In this document: positions 58,670-64,000 of the stretch, in pieces
Layout: the number at the start of each line of letters is the position of its first letter
Numbering within the stretch: the first letter of the stretch is position 1
Assembly: GCA_905178155.1 (NCBI GenBank)
Contig: CAJINV010000001.1
Span: 14,880,142-14,944,141, forward strand
Direction of reading: 5' to 3'
Source: Amoebophrya sp. A120
Lineage: Eukaryota > Protista > Dinoflagellata
DNA: 64,000 nucleotides
Notes under the pieces: generated by a model
Databases searched by the model: none
What the model saw: only the letters and a program-made list of their open reading frames with translations
What the model was told of the DNA's origin: nothing
Made by a program: the position numbers and the translations under genes

Positions 58670-61605
58670 CTACATCGTGCGTGTGCCGAAGAGCCCACCC
58701 GCATTGTTGTTCGCAGCAGCGCGCTGTCGCAGTCCACCAACGCTCATCTGCTGCTGTCGCCGCTGTTCCGGGGTGAGGATGAAGCTGTCGTCTATTCTCG
58801 TCGTCGCTTGCGGGTGTGCGCCTGTGGAACCGAAGATGTTGCGGTACTCTGTGTCAGCTGCCCTGGGAACGGCCGGCTGCACTGGTGTCCGCAGGTTGCT
58901 GAGACCCTGCCTCTGCTCCTGATAGTGCTGAAAGGCGGGGCTGTTCGAAGTTGTGCCCTTATTGGTTGTTCGGACAAAAGGCGCCGCATACTGCTGCCCG
59001 CGCACGGTTCCCTGCTGTGGAAGTTGTCCATCAGATCCTCGGCCGCCGTCACGATAGCTCGGCATGCCGTGCTGTCTACCTGGAGGTAGAAGTGCCGGCC
59101 CCGGACTTCCCGCATAGTTCATAACACCCCCGGTACTCACGCCGAAGAGACTATTTGATTGTGCCTGCTGCATCTGCATTTCCCTACCCGCATTCGGAGG
59201 TATCGCACCACCACGAAGAATGGGCGAAGGCGGCACGCCAAAGAGGTCGTTAAAACCGCGACGCAGGCCCTGTTTCACTTGATCCCACGGCGTGCCGGCC
59301 TGTGGCTGGAACGCCGACGGTCGCTGCATCAGGGGCGTGCTAGGTTGGTAGCTCGCGTTCTGCTGCGGAAACGGCTGCATGTGATTCATTTGTGGTCCCG
59401 CCTGCTGGTATAATTGCTGCTGTAGTTGATTGTTCTGGAGACCTGCTGATGCGCTGTTCATCGGCATCTGCGGTCCTGGAAATGGCGCTGAGCTGCTCAT
59501 TGCAGGCCCGAAACCCGTCAGAGGTTGGCCACTTCCAAACTGCTGTGCTGCCTGCGGTGGCTGCGATTGGGCTGCAACTGCTCCCCCGCCCAACGGTGAG
59601 GCTGCAACTGGTACACTGCTGTGGAAGTAGCTGCTTGTCCGCAAAGAGCTCAGGTTAACCATGTTCTTGCCGGCGTCGCGCTTCAAATTGAAGAAGGACA
59701 GCGGGTACTCTGTCTCCCCGAGCAGCATCGCCAGCATCCGTGCGTGCTTCCGCGGCCAGTGATCCCTCACCGTAGACTCCCCGTAGGTCTCAATCTGCTG
59801 GGTGAGAGTCAGCTGCGTTTCTTGCGCGACTTTCTCCAGCACGAAGAGTAATTCGAGAGAATTATCCCAGGTGTGCGACCGGTACGTCGGGAACGTCTGA
59901 ATTGCGTTGATCAGGACTTCCAGCAAATCGCACCAGCTCGCAACGCACTCGGAAAGGTTTATCAGGCCACCTACGTTGATGGTTGTTGGATGTTCTTTTT
60001 GGGCACTCTTCGTTTTCATTCAGATGCGGTAGAAACGTCAGTAGAAAATCATGCCACTGTGACAGCATCATCTCATACATGCAGCAGGCAGTAGTACCTT
60101 TGTAGTCCATGGTTTTGCTCAGCGCCACAAACTCGCCCATTCCGCGAATGCCTCGCTCAAGCACAAACGCCTGCGAATGCAAGCCTGCGTAATCGCGATT
60201 TGTATGGACCTGAATTTGATTTTTTGATCTGGTCATAATCGTGCTGCAGAAGTTAGCCTCGCCTATTCTTCGCCAGTGCTCTGCGCTGTGAGTACTTCTA
60301 CTTACTATGGCCGCGGCGTGACAACACATTTAGAGAAGTTCAAGATATTTCCAACTCACCTTCTTAGCTGCGACAATCGCTGCCGTCCGCACGTGTCCAA
60401 AATAGGTTTGCAGGATGCTGCGTTCCCGAAACAGGGTTTCTGTCCACGCGGGCAGAACGCGGGGAACCTGCGAGAGAAAGACCAACGCCAGCTCTGCCTC
60501 GAATTCGTCGCCGTTTTGGAGCGCGCTGAGGAGGCGCTGCTGCCCCGCAATGGTTGGTTCAAGCCCAATGAAGCATCGCGCGATGTCGCCTAGCTCCTGA
60601 AAGGACAGGGCCTGCAATTCGAAAATCACTGACAGGACCACGGCTGGGATAAACCTGAGCGAGTAGTTGAAGATTCCATGGGAAAAGAAGCAGATGCGGT
60701 GCTGTGGCAGCACAAGCGCCGTCATTCTCATTCGCAGACGAAATGAATCTTCATGACACAACAGTCAAATGTAATAGATACCTCCACAGGTCCCGGGACA
60801 GCACAGCCCCAACTGCTGCTATCTTCATCGACACCAGCAACATCGCGGGGAATTCCGTCCTTAATCGCGAGAACAGTGCGGGCTTGGACCCGAAGCGGAG
60901 CAGGTACTGCTTCCCCAGCAGAAATCGGTACAGGAAGTGGATGAGTGTGACCCAGAAGAAGATATTCACGTCGTACAGTAGAGTCAGGAGCAGTGTCGGG
61001 ACGTAGAGGAGTCCTACGATCAGCGACCACAGGGTAAACAGCCCGGAAGACGTCGCACTGTTTGCTCTTGTGCCTCCTGCAGCGGGCGCGAAATCCCCGC
61101 CCGGAGCGGCGCCGGCGAGCACGCTGTCGGTTTTCTTTCGATTCCCGGTTGCGATCGCGGCCAGCCGCGGATCGTCCTTCCAGAGCCGGGCGAGAACGGC
61201 GTCATCATCCTCCTCGTCGCTGGGGGTTGTGGCCTTTCTCCTCTTTATTCCATCCTCCGGGAAGACCCGATAATGCGGTGCTGCAGCGGTGCCGTCGGTT
61301 CCAACAGAGCCTGGAGTCACGGTTGTCGGCCACAGAGTGAAATACGCGAAATTCGAGGCTGGGTCGAGCAGCGTGGACGGTATTTTCCAACTTACTTCTT
61401 GGTTTTGCTGACTGGTAGGATGTGATGAAAAGAAATCATAAGTGCTCAGCTCGTCGTCGACGCACAGCATCACCAGCACGGAAAAGACGCCGACAAAAGC
61501 CCAGTGTCGCTTCTGGTCGCACCACCATCGATACAGCACGGCCCAGGGAGCGGAGGAAGGAGAGTAGCTCTTCTTAGAGCGCACCTGTACAGTATTCGTA
61601 TGCAA
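58670..61605 (-). CDS. Multi-pass membrane protein, Ndc1-like nucleoporin candidate, with a Q/P/G-rich FG-containing tail (5' end uncertain)
   Basis: Hydrophobic N-terminal half (60751..61605, 60330..60761). Spliced GIRGMGEFVALSKTMDYKG|GLINLSECV and LTQQIETYGESTVRDHWPRKHARMLAMLL resemble Ndc1 C-terminal motifs. The tail has LFG/IFG/GLFG. Similarity judged by eye. Confidence 0.5.
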
Positions 61606-62021
61606 TAACTTTTGATTTCAAGTACGGCAATGCACGTCGCAATCGATTCAGGGCACGTCACTATCGATTCAGGTCAATTTGAATTTGTTCCAGCCATGCA
61701 TAGCCACTAACGTGAACATTCATTGCCACGACCCTCAACACAACAGCACATCTTTATACCAGTGCAGCCCGTGCAAAAAGCACCCATATGAGGCAGAGGC
61801 ATGCTACTAGTGTGTTCCGCGTTCCGGATATCGTGGCAGACCACAGGACGGCGAACAGTATCGGCCACACCAGGCTCCGCAGTACGTTCCAGTAGAATAA
61901 AGCCCGCATTCTTGGCAGCCTCTGTGTCTTTACTTACTGCATGCGGATGCGGAGCTTCTTGCCGTGTCGATTGTGATTGCTTCTTTGTTGTTTCGCTGGC
62001 CCCGGCAGCCGCCCTTTTGTT

Positions 62022-64000
62022 TCACTCGGACTGCTGTTTTCCAAAATGACGAATTGCCCGGAAGCTGTTGCTCAGTAAAGTCATGTACTTTTCTTCGTAT
62101 TTCCCAAACGCAGTCGAGCAAGATTGATTATGAAATGAAATTTGCTTCACGGTGGTGATGTTGCTGAGGTTCGAAAATCTTTCACCGTTAGCGTCGAGGA
62201 ACACCACCCATCTTCTGTATTAAACTAACCTTACTACTCGGGAGGCAATTTCAAAAGACACACGAATATGAGAAACAGATTGGCCGCTATGAAAAAAACG
62301 ATGAGCATATAGAAATTAGAGTGCGCGCCAATTTTCGTAGCCGCAGACCTGCAGCAATTTTCGCGTTGCTTGCTCCGGTTTTGCGTTGAACTAGCATGGA
62401 TCCACCAAAACAAGATCGGCAACGAACCAGGAGGAGCTTTGTTTCACGATCCGATGAAGATCACAGTTACAAAGTCCTTAGAGGTCCTCTGGCTGAACAA
62501 TCTTTTTTCAATGCCAGCGGCAGCAGCAGGTGGATTTCTTCATTCACAAGAGGACTTGCCTGGGATCAATTGCGTAAGTGGCCTCAGCACAGGATCATCA
62601 CTGTTCTTCTTTCCTCTACTTTTGGTTGTCATCTTTTGCATCTTACACAGGCAGAGAAGATCTACAAAAATTTCTTCGTACAATTCAAGTTCAACAAGAA
62701 AGTTGAAAGTCGGTACATTTTACACTTGGTGACTCCATCATAAATGGAACGCAGATGGATTTCCTTTTAAAAACTTTTTCGATGAGATGATGCATTCTTG
62801 TGAGCAACCATTCACAATTCCGCGAGCACATCGTGATCAGTGTGCATGGTGTCTGCATTCTTCGCTTCTCCCGCGCATCGCGTGTCGTCCGTTCCCGCCG
62901 CAGTGCATTCATCCCGCGCCTGGTTTGCTATTTCGGTCGCTTCTGAATCTGCTTCACTAGAACGACCGCTGCTTCCCGCTGCCGCCTTGCTACTTTTCGT
63001 CAGTCTTCGATCGAACACGATGCCCTTTTGCAGGGGAAGGACGCCAATCGTGGCTCCGGGTTCCGTGCTGCCAAAAGGATGTTCGTCGACTATGCGCGCC
63101 GTTTGCTTCCGGTACTCTCCGTTCTCCACATCGAAACTTTCGTAGCGCAGCTGGAAAACCCGCTGCAGCTGTTGGTCCTCACGCGAAGTGGCTGCAGAAG
63201 TGCTATTTGTCATGTTGTTTTTGCCGGTCGTGCTGTTCACTTTCTCTACACCTGATCTCTGACCACGGACTGTACCCGAAGATTTGGCGATAATTTTCTC
63301 CGTGCGTGGATGCCATTCAGGGTAACAGAGTTTCATGATTTTCTTGTACAGCCCTACTTGAGCCGCTCTTTTGTTTTCTTGGTCCTCATGCTGGCCTCGT
63401 GGATGACCATGATCATCCTCGAGTAAACTGCTCAACAGAAATTGCTTCGTCTGTCCCAAAATCCTGGTCGACTCACTTGTGGTCTTCGCGGCCCCAATTA
63501 CACTACCAGCTGCAAAGAGTCGGCGCGCGTTTTCCAGACGGATGCGCACCGCCTCGCCGAGGCGGTAAAGGCGGCCGAGGCTCGGAATCTTCAGCGGAAT
63601 AACCTCCAACCAGACGTCCTTCGTCTCGTACAGAAACTCGATTTCGTCCTGGACCGCAGTCAAGAAGAGGAGCCGACCAGCAGCGTCTAACGTCTGCACC
63701 TTCTGCAGGTACGAAAACGAATTTGCGAGTGCTCCCTTGTTCCGATTTTCAATCTTGCTGTCTCCGCCTCCCAACAGATCCCAGAAGTGAAATGGTACCT
63801 CGTCGAGCCGCTCGAGTCGGTCTGCAGTAGTGGTCTCCGCCGTCACGGGCTTGCCCGTCCGGTGCGGCTCCCGCAATAGCCCAATTTCGCTGGAGTCTCG
63901 CAAAAGGCAAGAGCTAAAAGAGAACTTTCTTTCTGCTCCTGCTGGAACGCAGCCCAGCAACGCGTCGACGACAAAGGTGCGGGCAGCTACTTCGGTAAAA
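62022..64000 (-). CDS. Hypothetical protein (5' end outside the window; multi-exon)
   Basis: ORF 62812..63960 is open to the window edge, with probable further exons down to a stop at 62022. No recognisable domain. Confidence 0.55.

Overview
This is eukaryotic nuclear DNA, most consistent with an alveolate of the Syndiniales/Amoebophrya type. That assignment is inferred from an apicomplexan-type profilin, a tail-anchored ELP3, compact genes and strict co-orientation. About 17 host genes lie on the minus strand, mostly with short GT-AG introns. They include ELP3, profilin, a SHIPPO/STPG-repeat protein, an ankyrin protein, two TPR paralogues, a two-dsRBD protein, UBL-eS31, eS4 and an Ndc1-like protein. 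The only clear plus-strand unit is a young, complete Ty1/copia LTR retrotransposon (26334-32531). It has 229-bp LTRs, a 5-bp TSD, an in-frame UGA between gag and pol, and a PBS complementary to its own LTR rather than to a tRNA 3' end, which suggests self-priming. Four 250-280 bp TATC...GATA inverted-repeat elements with 5-bp TSDs sit inside coding sequence as two pairs, 54 and 55 bp apart. Removing each element plus one TSD restores the host ORF, and three of the four offer no canonical splice register for that, so they look like non-canonical introners. These elements carry CATG arrays, while regions upstream of housekeeping genes carry GATC clusters. All exon models and homology calls were made by eye.
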